DNA of 32,000 nt from Synechococcus sp. A15-28 (lineage in GTDB: Bacteria > Cyanobacteriota > Cyanobacteriia > PCC-6307 > Cyanobiaceae). Positions within the stretch are counted from its first letter, which is position 1, and each line of letters starts with the position of its first letter. Below are positions 18,838 through 28,184 of this stretch, in pieces. The notes under the pieces were generated by a model. The model made no database searches, was not told the DNA's origin, and saw nothing but the letters and a program-made list of their open reading frames with translations. The stretch is taken from contig NZ_CP047931.1 in assembly GCF_014280175.1 (NCBI RefSeq), positions 1,530,001-1,562,000 of the forward strand, written 5' to 3'. Made by a program: the position numbers and the translations under genes.

Positions 18838-20312
18838 AGTTCAAGGCTGAGCTGCAGACTGTCGTTGTCGGGCTGCTGTGGCTTTCGTCGTCGGCGTGCT
18901 GTCGTGGGCTTCAACCCCGCCTTGCGGGAGCCATGCCTGCGTTGAATCGCATCGGCATGGCGATCGAAACCTGTCGATCGACGAATCGCCCAGATGCGAT
19001 CTTTGGCCTCTTGCATCGAGGCGGTCACATCAACGATCGGGGTTGGCCCGCCCCCGCCGAGCATCCAGGGCTCATGGATGTGAACCGTCGGCACCTGCTT
19101 GAGTTCAGGGCACCACTGGCGAATGAACACCCCTTGAGGGTCGTGGTCCATGCCCTGTTTGATCGGGTTATAAATCCGAATCGTGTTGATCGAGGTGCTG
19201 CCCGACTGCATCTGGCACTGACTCCAGTGAATCCCAGGTTCGTAATCGACAAACTGGCGCGCCAGATGCAGGCCACTGTCCCGCCAGGGCAGCCAGAGGT
19301 TGTAACTAGCGAAGGACATCAACATCGCCCGCATGCGGAAATTGATCCAGCCATGGGCACGCAGGGCGCGCATGCAGGCGTCCACGAATGGGACGCCGGT
19401 GCGCCCTTCGCACCATGCCGCTAAACGCTCGCTATTCGCATCGCGAATGCCGCGCATGAAGGGGTGGAAATCGTTGAATTCAATCGCCGGCTGATCCTCC
19501 AGCTTCTGAATGAAGTGACAATGCCAGTGGAGACGCGATTCAAAACTGCTGACGCCGCGTCCGCTGTGGCGGCGGCTGGTCTGCAGCACCTCCCGCATCG
19601 ACAGACAGCCCCAGCTCAGATAAGCCGAAAGCCGGGAGCACCCGCTGAAGGCGGTGTTCGGACTCGACATGGCGCGTTGATAGCGCGGGGCCCGGCGTTG
19701 CAGAAAATCGCTCAAAACCCCCAGACCGCTCGACCGTCCACCCGTCTGCCGCTCCGGACAGCGATCCAAAGACAACTCTGCACAGGGCCGCTCGGGGATC
19801 ACGCCAGGATCCATGCCCTCCAAAAGATGAAAACCAGCAGGCGCTGGTGCGATGGGCTCTGTCATCTGAACCTCCCAGCGCTTGGCCCAGCCATTACGGC
19901 TGCGCATCCGGCGTGTCACCCCGAACTGAGGGATTTCCGTCCAGACGATGCCGTGCTGACGAGCCCAGGCCCCCACACGTTTGTCGCGCTGATAGGTCCA
20001 GCCGTTGCCGGTTTCCTCATGGCTCCACAACCCAGCGATGCCGAACTGGCGTCGGGCCCGCTCGAGCACCTGCACCACATCGCCGATCCTCACCACCAAC
20101 GGTTGGCCCAGATCCGCGAGGGTCTGACGAAGCTCCAGCAACGACTCCCGACAGAACAACCACTGCCGTTCGGAGGCATCGGGTTGCTGCCAGAGCTCGG
20201 GTTCCACCACGTACAGCGGAAGCACAGCGCCACGCTCAGATGCCTCCAGCAGAGGCCGGTGATCGTCAACCCGCAGATCGCGCTTGAACCAGACGACCTG
20301 CAGGGACGACAA
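18834..20312 (-). CDS. cryptochrome/photolyase family protein (FAD-binding)
   Basis: 492 aa. N-terminal [17 protein letters not shown]-terminal FAD-binding blocks [47 protein letters not shown]. The only start at this position is TTG (20312-20310). Confidence 0.85.
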   Translation of the reverse strand: MSSLQVVWFKRDLRVDDHRPLLEASERGAVLPLYVVEPELWQQPDASERQWLFCRESLLELRQTLADLGQPLVVRIGDVVQVLERARRQFGIAGLWSHEETGNGWTYQRDKRVGAWARQHGIVWTEIPQFGVTRRMRSRNGWAKRWEVQMTEPIAPAPAGFHLLEGMDPGVIPERPCAELSLDRCPERQTGGRSSGLGVLSDFLQRRAPRYQRAMSSPNTAFSGCSRLSAYLSWGCLSMREVLQTSRRHSGRGVSSFESRLHWHCHFIQKLEDQPAIEFNDFHPFMRGIRDANSERLAAWCEGRTGVPFVDACMRALRAHGWINFRMRAMLMSFASYNLWLPWRDSGLHLARQFVDYEPGIHWSQCQMQSGSTSINTIRIYNPIKQGMDHDPQGVFIRQWCPELKQVPTVHIHEPWMLGGGGPTPIVDVTASMQEAKDRIWAIRRSTGFDRHADAIQRRHGSRKAGLKPTTARRRRKPQQPDNDSLQLSLEL

Positions 20313-20313
20313 A

Positions 20314-20323
20314 GGGGGGGGGG
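20314..20323. repeat. G10 (C10 on the coding strand) homopolymer
   Basis: Ten consecutive G counted at 20314-20323. They fill almost the whole 11-nt spacer between the stop of the cNMP-domain gene (20324-20326) and the TTG start of the photolyase-family gene (20312). Confidence 0.9.
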
Positions 20324-20707
20324 TCAGTTCACACCCATTTTGATGTCGCGAAGGCGTTCATCGATGGAGGCCAGCAATTCGATCGCGAACATCGGGGCTT
20401 CCTGCACCGCAAACAGAAATTTCTCCCGCGTCATTTCAATCAAACGACAATCCTCCACTGCCGTTGCAGTGCCAAGACGCTCGTGATCACCCATCACCAG
20501 CGCCCCGGCCCCGAACACGTGCCCCACAGGAATGTCTTCATGTCCCTGGTTGCCTGCACTATCAGTCCAGGACAGACGGACGGATCCTTCGACAATGCCA
20601 TACATCGTCGAACCGACATCACCGGTTTTGAACAGAACGTCACCGCTGTTCAGAGACAACACCTCGCTCTTGCTGGCAAGGGCGCGCATGGTGTCAAGGG
20701 CATGCAT
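20324..20707 (-). CDS. stand-alone cyclic-nucleotide-binding (CAP/CRP effector) domain protein, no output domain
   Basis: 127 aa. Beta-roll pattern [24 protein letters not shown]...GHVFGAGAL...[21 protein letters not shown]. No HTH or other domain follows. Confidence 0.8.
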   Translation of the reverse strand: MHALDTMRALASKSEVLSLNSGDVLFKTGDVGSTMYGIVEGSVRLSWTDSAGNQGHEDIPVGHVFGAGALVMGDHERLGTATAVEDCRLIEMTREKFLFAVQEAPMFAIELLASIDERLRDIKMGVN

Positions 20708-20731
20708 CGGCTTAAGACGACTGGTGAAGGA

Positions 20732-21904
20732 TCAGGCCGTGGTCAGGGTCAACGCCGCACCGAATCCCTTACGCACCTCCTCAGGGGTCAGGCGCCCGTC
20801 GTGGTCGAGATCAAGGGCGTCAAACACGGCATCGCTACCGAGCCACTCATCGCGGGTGATGGATCCGTCGCCGTTCATGTCGTTGAGCATGAAGATCTCC
20901 TGAACGGCGTGACGGAAGGCTTCACCACCTTCCAGTTCAGCGAGACGATGAGCCAACTGATGCTCAAGGGTTTCAATCGCTTTGCTGAAGCCTTTGATGC
21001 CCTCGCCGAGCTTGTCTGTCGCCATACGGTCTTCCGCCATCATCGCGTCGAAGCGTTCGCGATCCACATGGATTTGTTCTTCACCACCGATGGGATTGGT
21101 CGCATCCAACTTCTGGCTTAAGGCTGCTTCGCTCTCGCGCAGCTGATCCAACAGCTTGGGGGAGATGGTCAGCAGATCGCAGCCCGCCAGTTCCGTGATC
21201 TCATCCAGGTTGCGGAAACTGGCACCCATCACCTCGGTTTTGTAGCCGTAGGTCTTGTAGTAATTGAAGATCCGAGTCACCGAGATCACACCGGGGTCTT
21301 CAGGACCGGGATAGGAATCACGACCCGTGTCGGCCTTGTACCAATCCAGGATGCGCCCGACAAAGGGAGAGATCAGGGTCACCCCCGCTTCAGCGCAGGC
21401 CACGGCCTGACCGAAACCGAACAGCAGTGTGAGGTTGCAGTGAATCCCTTCTTTCTCCAGCACCTCGGCCGCCTTGATTCCTTCCCAGGTGGACGCGATC
21501 TTGATCAGCACGCGGTCGTTGCTGATGCCAGCATCGTTGTAAAGGCGAATCAACTTGCGCCCCTTCTCGATCGTGGCGTCGGTATCAAAGCTCAGGCGTG
21601 CATCAACTTCAGTGGACACCCGGCGGGGAACGATCTTGAGAATTTCCTTACCGAAGATCACACTGATTTCGTCCAGGGCTTCATGCACCACGTCCTCAAC
21701 GTGAGCCTCACTGCCGATGAGCTTGCGTGAGGAGCGCAGCGCTTCATCTATCAGACTCTGATATGCAGGAATTTGTGCAGCGGCCAGGATCAGTGAGGGA
21801 TTGGTCGTCGCGTCGCGGGGGGTGAACTTACGGATTGCCTCAAGATCACCGGTGTCCGCCACCACGACGGTCATTGCGGAAAGCTGATCGAGCAGGGTTG
21901 CCAT
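20732..21904 (-). CDS. tal: transaldolase with C-terminal EF-hand pair
   Basis: 390 aa. Blocks [10 protein letters not shown] and [13 protein letters not shown] (Schiff-base Lys region). C-terminal loops [12 protein letters not shown] and [12 protein letters not shown]. Confidence 0.93.
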   Translation of the reverse strand: MATLLDQLSAMTVVVADTGDLEAIRKFTPRDATTNPSLILAAAQIPAYQSLIDEALRSSRKLIGSEAHVEDVVHEALDEISVIFGKEILKIVPRRVSTEVDARLSFDTDATIEKGRKLIRLYNDAGISNDRVLIKIASTWEGIKAAEVLEKEGIHCNLTLLFGFGQAVACAEAGVTLISPFVGRILDWYKADTGRDSYPGPEDPGVISVTRIFNYYKTYGYKTEVMGASFRNLDEITELAGCDLLTISPKLLDQLRESEAALSQKLDATNPIGGEEQIHVDRERFDAMMAEDRMATDKLGEGIKGFSKAIETLEHQLAHRLAELEGGEAFRHAVQEIFMLNDMNGDGSITRDEWLGSDAVFDALDLDHDGRLTPEEVRKGFGAALTLTTA

Positions 21905-21953
21905 GGTGGGAACGGGACCTGTTATCGCAAACGTAGCTGCGATTTCACAGCCG

Positions 21954-23753
21954 TCAGCTCGTCATCGCCTTGTTCAATTCTGCAGGTTTTGAAGGGGTGA
22001 TTTTCTCCACGATCAGCAAGGCGTCGATGATCTGCTTGGCCACCGGAACGGCCACCGTGGATCCATAGGCATGGGCTCCCTGGGGCTCGTCGACCACCAC
22101 CAGAACCACATAGCGGGGATCTTCAACAGGCAGCGTCGCCACAAAACTGCAGATCTTGGCTCCAGGCAGATAAATCCCATTGAGTGCTTTCTGGGCCGTC
22201 CCGGTTTTGCCACCAATGCGATAGCCGGGTGTCTTCACACCTTTGCCGCTGCCCTTCTCCACCACGGATTCCATCCAGACCATCACCGTGCGGGTCACCT
22301 CAGGCGTCAACAGGGGTGTCCCGCCGGGTTCAGCGGCTGGCGCGAGTGCATCGCCGGAGCGAAACCCTCGGGTGATGTGGGGACTCACCAGACGGCCGCC
22401 ATTGGCCAATACCCCATGCAGCTGAACCAATTTCAACGGCGTGAGCGAGAACCCCTGACCGAAGGCGGTGGTGGCCGGCTCAATCGGGTGGGTGATGAAC
22501 TGCTCTTTCGTCTTGAGCTGACCCGCCACAGCCCCAGGAAGATCCGTGTCCGGACGACGATCAATTCCGAGACGATTCATCCAGTCCCAGTAGGTGTTGT
22601 TATCGAGGCGCCGCATCGCCTGCACCATTCCGACATTGCTGGACACCTGGAGGACCGTGGCGAAATCCACCAGACCATGGGCCTCCTTGTCGTGGTTGTT
22701 GATCGGCCACCCGCCGATGGTGAGCTGACCGACGTCGTTCACACGGTCCGTGGGACTGATTGCTTTCTCCTGGAGCGCCAGGGCCAGATTGATCGGCTTG
22801 AAGGTGGACCCGGGCTCGTAGAGATCCTGGACGGACCACTCCCGGAACCGAGCCGGTGAAAAGCGCCAGTAGCGATTGGGGTCATAGGTCGGCGTTGACG
22901 CCAGCACCAGCAGTTCGCCATTGGTGGCGTCCATGACGATGGCGGCTCCCTTCTTGGCCTTCCACTTGCCCACCTGGGCCGCCAGGGCTTTGACGGCGAG
23001 CTCCTGCAGCCGGGCATCGAGGGTGAGCTGCAGGCGCAGGTCATCCCCGTAGAACGCCCCTGGAGACAGATCATCAGGAAGTGGTGTTCCGTCCGCTCCG
23101 CGCCGGAGACGTCGGGACTGTTCATGCCTCAGCAGTTCACCGTTCCTGCTCTGCTCAAGGCCAGCCTGAGGAACCCGCTCGTCGTTGAGAAACCCGACGA
23201 CGTTGGCGAACAGATCCCCCTGGGGATAAACGCGCTGGGGATAGGCCTCCAGATCCAGACCACTAATCCCCAGAGAGCGGATCCGTTCAGCGGTCTCCGG
23301 ATCAAGTCCCTCCGCCAGCTTGACTCCGGAGCGTCGTTGCCCCAGCTCTTCGAGCAACTGCGGTGCCGGTTGAGCCAAAGGTGTCGCCAGCAGCTCAACC
23401 ACATCCTCTGGAGGCCGGACCAGATCAGGGGCATCACCTGGCAGGTTGAAATAACGCGGATGGGCCCATAGGCGAAAGCGGACCTCATCCATTGCCACCA
23501 AACGACCGGTGCGATCGACGATCGGACGGCGTTGCCCCAACGTTGCACTGGTCTGCGTCTGGAGACGGCGCGCTCTGGACTCCAACGCATCGGTCTGGAC
23601 CAATTGCAACCAAGCCATCCGACCGACCAGACCAACGAGGCCGGTGCAGAGGATCAGAAAAACGATCCAAAGTCTCCTGGTTGGGACCTTGGCGAGGGGG
23701 ACGACACGGGTGCGCGGTCGTTTCCGCGACGGTGAAGATGCACTCCGGGTCAT
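21954..23753 (-). CDS. ftsI: penicillin-binding protein 2 / FtsI-type transpeptidase
   Basis: ORF 21954-24002 trimmed to ATG 23753 ([17 protein letters not shown]..., TM helix [17 protein letters not shown]), giving 599 aa. Motifs STFK, SSN and KTGT are present. Confidence 0.9.
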   Translation of the reverse strand: MTRSASSPSRKRPRTRVVPLAKVPTRRLWIVFLILCTGLVGLVGRMAWLQLVQTDALESRARRLQTQTSATLGQRRPIVDRTGRLVAMDEVRFRLWAHPRYFNLPGDAPDLVRPPEDVVELLATPLAQPAPQLLEELGQRRSGVKLAEGLDPETAERIRSLGISGLDLEAYPQRVYPQGDLFANVVGFLNDERVPQAGLEQSRNGELLRHEQSRRLRRGADGTPLPDDLSPGAFYGDDLRLQLTLDARLQELAVKALAAQVGKWKAKKGAAIVMDATNGELLVLASTPTYDPNRYWRFSPARFREWSVQDLYEPGSTFKPINLALALQEKAISPTDRVNDVGQLTIGGWPINNHDKEAHGLVDFATVLQVSSNVGMVQAMRRLDNNTYWDWMNRLGIDRRPDTDLPGAVAGQLKTKEQFITHPIEPATTAFGQGFSLTPLKLVQLHGVLANGGRLVSPHITRGFRSGDALAPAAEPGGTPLLTPEVTRTVMVWMESVVEKGSGKGVKTPGYRIGGKTGTAQKALNGIYLPGAKICSFVATLPVEDPRYVVLVVVDEPQGAHAYGSTVAVPVAKQIIDALLIVEKITPSKPAELNKAMTS

Positions 23754-24244
23754 CAGTAGCCCGGACGAATGCGAGGTTGCGTCAGTGCCTCCAGGGGCTG
23801 CATCAGCTCGGGTCGTGGTGAAACCACAGCGGACATGGGGTCTGGCTGCTCGAGATGAACCAGGTTGACCACCTTGGTGGGCACCAGGTCGTCGGATCGA
23901 TCCGTGCCTCTGAGCAGATGCTGCTCCAACACAGCAGTGGATTCCGTCAGGCGATGGGCCAGCACCCTTGTGGCATCCAGACGCTGGAAAGCCACGGTCC
24001 ACCGGTGCTGCCAGTGCAGGGTCAGACCCGCCAGGACGGCCAGTGCGGCAAACACCCCGAGAAGGCTGCCATCAGCCAGGCGATGCAGGCCTCCGATCAG
24101 TGGAGAGCGTCGGGCGATCCGTCCAGCGGACAGCGAGCCCTGGATCAACTCCAGAGCCGCTGTCGAAGAACGCTGATCCGGAGCGGCGACCACCGGAGAT
24201 GCAGGCGAATGTGCCAGTGAACCACTCGCACCTGGCCGCTGCAA
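23753..24244 (-). CDS. single-pass membrane protein, possible FtsL-like divisome component
   Basis: 163 aa. One TM helix (LLGVFAALAVLAGLTL) followed by a helical segment. Its stop overlaps the ftsI ATG (TGATG). TTG start at 24244. The function is guessed from position only. Confidence 0.55.
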   Translation of the reverse strand: MQRPGASGSLAHSPASPVVAAPDQRSSTAALELIQGSLSAGRIARRSPLIGGLHRLADGSLLGVFAALAVLAGLTLHWQHRWTVAFQRLDATRVLAHRLTESTAVLEQHLLRGTDRSDDLVPTKVVNLVHLEQPDPMSAVVSPRPELMQPLEALTQPRIRPGY

Positions 24245-24247
24245 GGC

Positions 24248-25516
24248 TCACAGCAGAAGCAGGTTCACAAAGGTGACCGCATTCCAGAGGGAGTGCATCA
24301 ACACGCAAGGGAACAATCGGCCGCTGGCACAACGCACCAGGGCGAGTCCGATTCCCAGCACGGTGAGCGGGGCCAGCTCGCCGATGCTGATGTGTGCCAT
24401 ACCGAACAACAGGCCGCTGAGCACCACACCTGTTCCCCGTCCGGTCCGACGGGCCAGCACCGGCAGCAGCGTGCCGCGGAAGATCACCTCCTCGAACAGG
24501 GGAGCGAGCACCACCGCCGTCAACGCCAGCAGGGAGAGCGCCAGCGGATCACGACTCTCCAGCACCATTTCCAACAGTGGATTGCTGCCCCCTGGATCGC
24601 CAAAAAGCCGCACCAGCAACCAGCCGGTGAAGACGACGATCGGGGTGACCTTGAACCATCCCACAAGCGCGGTGAGACAAGCTCCCGGCAGCGGCTGCCA
24701 CCGCCATTGCAACCATCCCCCGTATGGCACCGTTTCCTCGGGCAGGCTCGCCAGCTGACGACGCAGGATCAGAAGACTGGGCAAGGCCATCGCGCTGTAG
24801 TTGATGACCACGCCCACCGCTTCCCTGCGTGGACTGTCCAAGGCAGCGGTCAACCGGGTAACCAGGGGCACGACCAGCAGCGGAACGCCGACCGCACTGA
24901 TCACAACAAACCCACCAGCCACCAGCAGGGCCATGTCCAGCAGGGTGAGATTGGGACCCATCAAATCCGGCCAGCTCTCACGACGGCCACGCCATATCCG
25001 CCAGCCCTGCACCAGCAACAGGGCCGTTCCCATGACAGTCGTGACCAGGGGGAGAGTTGCACTGACCGCCAGACGCAGGGCAGCCCCTCGCGCCACGGCC
25101 AGATTGATGCAGTCGTCGCGGACTCCACCTCGGGCTTCGCAGAGCAGTTGCTCCAGCAGCGGATCGCCCGCCACCGCGATCGTTGATTCCGACGTCAACT
25201 CACCCTTCAGCAGCATCAGGAGTTGTGCCTGACGCCAGGAACGATCGGCGGCGGGGATGGGCTCCAAAGAGCCCAACAATGTGGTTCGCGGGTCCTCACC
25301 CCCCAGCAGGACGGAAGCCAAGGCGTCCGGCAAAGCCGGTTCGGCCAGCAGCTGAACTTCCTGCTGCTGAAGATTGAGGCTCGGTGCCACGGACGGCCGG
25401 GACAGGCTGTTCACCAGACCCGACATCCAGATCAAGGCAGCCACCAGCAGGGACAGAGCCCCGAGCAGAACTTTCCAAGACGGAACTGGGGCCTGGCGAT
25501 GGGAGCTGGGGGACAC
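24248..25516 (-). CDS. CPBP family intramembrane metalloprotease (CAAX protease/Abi family)
   Basis: EEVIFRGTLLP, LLFGMAHIS and MHSLWNAV motifs in the C-terminal half, with multiple TM helices. The longest ORF reaches 25678 but would overlap the divergent gene. An in-frame GTG at 25516 gives 422 aa. Start uncertain. Confidence 0.8.
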   Translation of the reverse strand: MSPSSHRQAPVPSWKVLLGALSLLVAALIWMSGLVNSLSRPSVAPSLNLQQQEVQLLAEPALPDALASVLLGGEDPRTTLLGSLEPIPAADRSWRQAQLLMLLKGELTSESTIAVAGDPLLEQLLCEARGGVRDDCINLAVARGAALRLAVSATLPLVTTVMGTALLLVQGWRIWRGRRESWPDLMGPNLTLLDMALLVAGGFVVISAVGVPLLVVPLVTRLTAALDSPRREAVGVVINYSAMALPSLLILRRQLASLPEETVPYGGWLQWRWQPLPGACLTALVGWFKVTPIVVFTGWLLVRLFGDPGGSNPLLEMVLESRDPLALSLLALTAVVLAPLFEEVIFRGTLLPVLARRTGRGTGVVLSGLLFGMAHISIGELAPLTVLGIGLALVRCASGRLFPCVLMHSLWNAVTFVNLLLL

Positions 25517-25592
25517 CAGGTGGGCTCGACTACACCCGATTGTCCCTCTGAAGGGCTTGCCCCATACGATGACCGCGCCTTGACGCCGAACG

Positions 25593-26921
25593 GTGACCCT
25601 CCGCATACTCCTGGTCCGCCACGGTCTGAGCAGCTTCAACAAGGAACGTCGCATCCAGGGGCGTGACGACCTCTCCAACTTGAGCGAGGAGGGACATGAT
25701 CAGGCCCGTCGCCTCGGCGCCAGCCTAGCTGAGGTGTCCTTCGACGCGATCTACAGCTCCCGGCTGCAACGGGCAGCTTCAACCACAGCCTCCCTGCTGG
25801 AGGGTCGCGGCGGCTCGGCACCCGCACCGTTGTTCGATGACGGTCTGCTGGAAGTGGACCTCGAGCCCTGGTCGGGGATGAGCATCGATGAACTCACCGA
25901 ACGCCACCCCGTTGATTTCGCCACCTGGAAACGCCAGCCCCTAGAGCTGGAACTGCAGCGGCGGGATGGCAGCAGCTATCGCCCGCTGGTGGAGCTCATG
26001 GATCAGGCCCGCACCTTCGTGAATGGCCTGATCGAACGTCACCCCGTTGACCAGGACAGCACGGTGCTGGTGGTGGCCCACAACGCCATTCTCCGCTGTC
26101 TGATGCTCACCCTGCTCGGTGAACCAGAGCACGGCTTCCGACGGCTCAGGGTCGACAACACCTCGCTGTCGATCTTCAACCTGAGGCCCGGAGTCGATCA
26201 GCCGCAGGTGCAGATCGAGTGTCTCAACAGCACCACCCATCTGCAGCCGCTGCCCGACAGAGGGAAGGCTGCCCGGCTGATCCTGGTGCGCCACGGCGAA
26301 ACGGACTGGAACAAGGCCGGCCGTTTTCAAGGACAGATCGACATCCCCCTGAATGACAATGGCCGCAGCCAGGCGGCAGCGGCGCGCGACTTCCTCCGCG
26401 ATGTCACCATCGATCGAGCCTGGAGCAGCACCCTCTCCAGACCGACCGAAACCGCCCAGATCATCCTCGAAGCCCATTCCGAGGTGCCTCTCGTCCAGAT
26501 CGACGGCCTGGTGGAGATCGGCCACGGACTGTGGGAGGGCAAGTTCGAATCCGAGATCCGAGACGGTTGGTCCGACCTGCTCGACACATGGAAGCGTGCT
26601 CCCGAAACCGTGCAGATGCCAGAGGGCGAGACGATTCAGGACGTCTGGGCCCGCTCCGTGACCAGCTGGCAGGAGATCGCCAAAGGGCTGAAACCCGAGG
26701 AGACCGCCCTTGTGGTGGCCCACGACGCCGTCAACAAGACCATCCTCTGCGATCTGCTCGGCCTGACACCTGCAGACATCTGGGCGGTGAAACAAGGCAA
26801 CGGCGGGGTCACCGTGGTCGACATCAACCCGGATCCGAGCCAGCCTGCGGTGGTGACCTGCCTCAACCTCACGTCCCACTTCGGAAGTGTGATCGATCGG
26901 ACCGCCGCGGGCGCCCTCTGA
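25593..26921 (+). CDS. tandem histidine phosphatase (phosphoglycerate mutase-like) family protein, two complete domains
   Basis: 442 aa. Domain 1 has ILLVRHGLSSFN...VVAHNAILRCL. Domain 2 has LILVRHGETDWN...VVAHDAVNKTIL. GTG start at 25593. Confidence 0.88.
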   Translation: MTLRILLVRHGLSSFNKERRIQGRDDLSNLSEEGHDQARRLGASLAEVSFDAIYSSRLQRAASTTASLLEGRGGSAPAPLFDDGLLEVDLEPWSGMSIDELTERHPVDFATWKRQPLELELQRRDGSSYRPLVELMDQARTFVNGLIERHPVDQDSTVLVVAHNAILRCLMLTLLGEPEHGFRRLRVDNTSLSIFNLRPGVDQPQVQIECLNSTTHLQPLPDRGKAARLILVRHGETDWNKAGRFQGQIDIPLNDNGRSQAAAARDFLRDVTIDRAWSSTLSRPTETAQIILEAHSEVPLVQIDGLVEIGHGLWEGKFESEIRDGWSDLLDTWKRAPETVQMPEGETIQDVWARSVTSWQEIAKGLKPEETALVVAHDAVNKTILCDLLGLTPADIWAVKQGNGGVTVVDINPDPSQPAVVTCLNLTSHFGSVIDRTAAGAL

Positions 26922-26924
26922 CCC

Positions 26925-28184
26925 ATGCACGACACCCTGCTGCTGGATCCGGTGCGGATCTTGCATGGCCCCGGTACGGAGCTACAGCAGGGTGCTGCCC
27001 TGATCGAATCAGGAGTCATCAGCGGATTCGATGACGAGGCCCGCACAGCAGCAGCACGGCTCGGCGTTCAAGCAACCGCAGCCCAACAGCAGCTGCTGGC
27101 TCCGTGCCTGGTGGACCCCCACACGGTTCTGCCCTCACCGATCAGCGGGCCAACGGAAACCATCCGAAGCCTGCGTCGTTGCGCTGCCGCCGGGGGATAT
27201 GGCCAGGTGGCACTGCTGCCGCGAGGGAAAAGCTGGCGGGACCTGCCGGAGCGCCTGATCGGCCTGCAGAACGCTGATCCATCCTCCGTTCACCTCCCCC
27301 TCTGGGGAAGCTTCAGCAAGGGAGGACGGGGAGAGGAGCTGGCTCCCCACGGCGATCTGCTGGAACACGGTGCGATCGGCCTGGCCGATGACGATGCCGT
27401 TGTCCCCTTGCCTCTGCTGGAGCGGGGTCTGCTGCTCGGCGAAATGGGATCCTGCCCCGTGCTGATCGCCCCCAGGGATCCAGTCCTCCAGGGGGATGGA
27501 GTAGCCCGGGAGGGAGTCGAGGCTTTACGGGCGGGCTGGGTCCCCGATCCACTGATCAGTGAACTGCAGCCCGTGCAACAGCTGCTGGCCCTGCAGCAAC
27601 GTCATCCGGAGCGGCAGCTGCGGTTGATGAACCTCTCCACAGCTGCCGCTGTGGACCTTCTCGGCCAAGCCGACCACCAGCTCAAGGCCAGTGTGTGTTG
27701 GTGGCATCTTCTGGTCGATGGCAGCATCCTCTCCAGCACGGATCCAGGCTGCCGCGTGCGTCCGTCCCTGGGCGGAGCCTCAGACCGACTGAGCCTGCGT
27801 TCGGCCCTGCAATCCGGCCTCATTCAGGCAGTTGCGGTTCATGCCGTCCCTCTGGACGAGGAAGACATGCTTCTCCCGGCAGATCAACGCCCTCCGGGCC
27901 TGAGCGGGCATCACCTCGTGCTGCCGGCCCTCTGGTCTGCCCTGGTGGATCAGGAAGGCCTCTCTATCGAATCCCTCTGGAAGCTGCTCAGTTTCGGTCC
28001 ATCCGCTTTTCTGGATCAACCGGCGGAGTCGCTGCGGCTCGGCAGCCGTCGTTGGCTGTTGTTCGACCCCGAGATCAGCTGGACTGTGCGTCGTGATGAT
28101 CCAGCCGCCCCGGCAGCCGCCAACCTCCCCTGGCTGGGCCAGACCATGCAGGGACGCGTGGTGGCCTGCGGCCTCAGTCGTTGA
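26925..28184 (+). CDS. dihydroorotase-like amidohydrolase-fold protein, probably non-catalytic
   Basis: 419 aa. Collinear with type-I DHOases (LLAPCLVDPHTVLP..TETIRSLRRCAAAGGYGQVALLP..), but metal-ligand positions are substituted (see findings). Confidence 0.8.
   Translation: MHDTLLLDPVRILHGPGTELQQGAALIESGVISGFDDEARTAAARLGVQATAAQQQLLAPCLVDPHTVLPSPISGPTETIRSLRRCAAAGGYGQVALLPRGKSWRDLPERLIGLQNADPSSVHLPLWGSFSKGGRGEELAPHGDLLEHGAIGLADDDAVVPLPLLERGLLLGEMGSCPVLIAPRDPVLQGDGVAREGVEALRAGWVPDPLISELQPVQQLLALQQRHPERQLRLMNLSTAAAVDLLGQADHQLKASVCWWHLLVDGSILSSTDPGCRVRPSLGGASDRLSLRSALQSGLIQAVAVHAVPLDEEDMLLPADQRPPGLSGHHLVLPALWSALVDQEGLSIESLWKLLSFGPSAFLDQPAESLRLGSRRWLLFDPEISWTVRRDDPAAPAAANLPWLGQTMQGRVVACGLSR

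Noticed and set aside
19464-20486. 340-aa plus-strand ORF
   Set aside because: It is antisense to the photolyase-family and cNMP-domain genes, and has Arg/Pro/Ala-rich composition and no motifs.
21921-21940. 6-bp stem (ATCGCA...TGCGAT, 8-nt loop) between ftsI stop and tal start as a terminator
   Set aside because: The stem is short and the loop large, and there is no U-tract on the transcribed strand. That is not enough to call a terminator.
23754-24002. N-terminal extension making ftsI 682 aa
   Set aside because: The extension overlaps the upstream FtsL-like ORF. ATG 23753 gives the expected short basic cytoplasmic tail plus TM helix and forms a TGATG coupling junction.
25565-25586. Promoter-like hexamers (TACGAT, TTGACG) upstream of the histidine phosphatase gene
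   Set aside because: The TTGACG lies only 9 nt before the start codon, so it cannot be a -35 element for this gene. TACGAT alone is too weak to call a promoter without TSS data.
25941-26966. 341-aa minus-strand ORF
   Set aside because: It is antisense to the tandem histidine phosphatase, whose two RHG domains give strong coding evidence on the plus strand.
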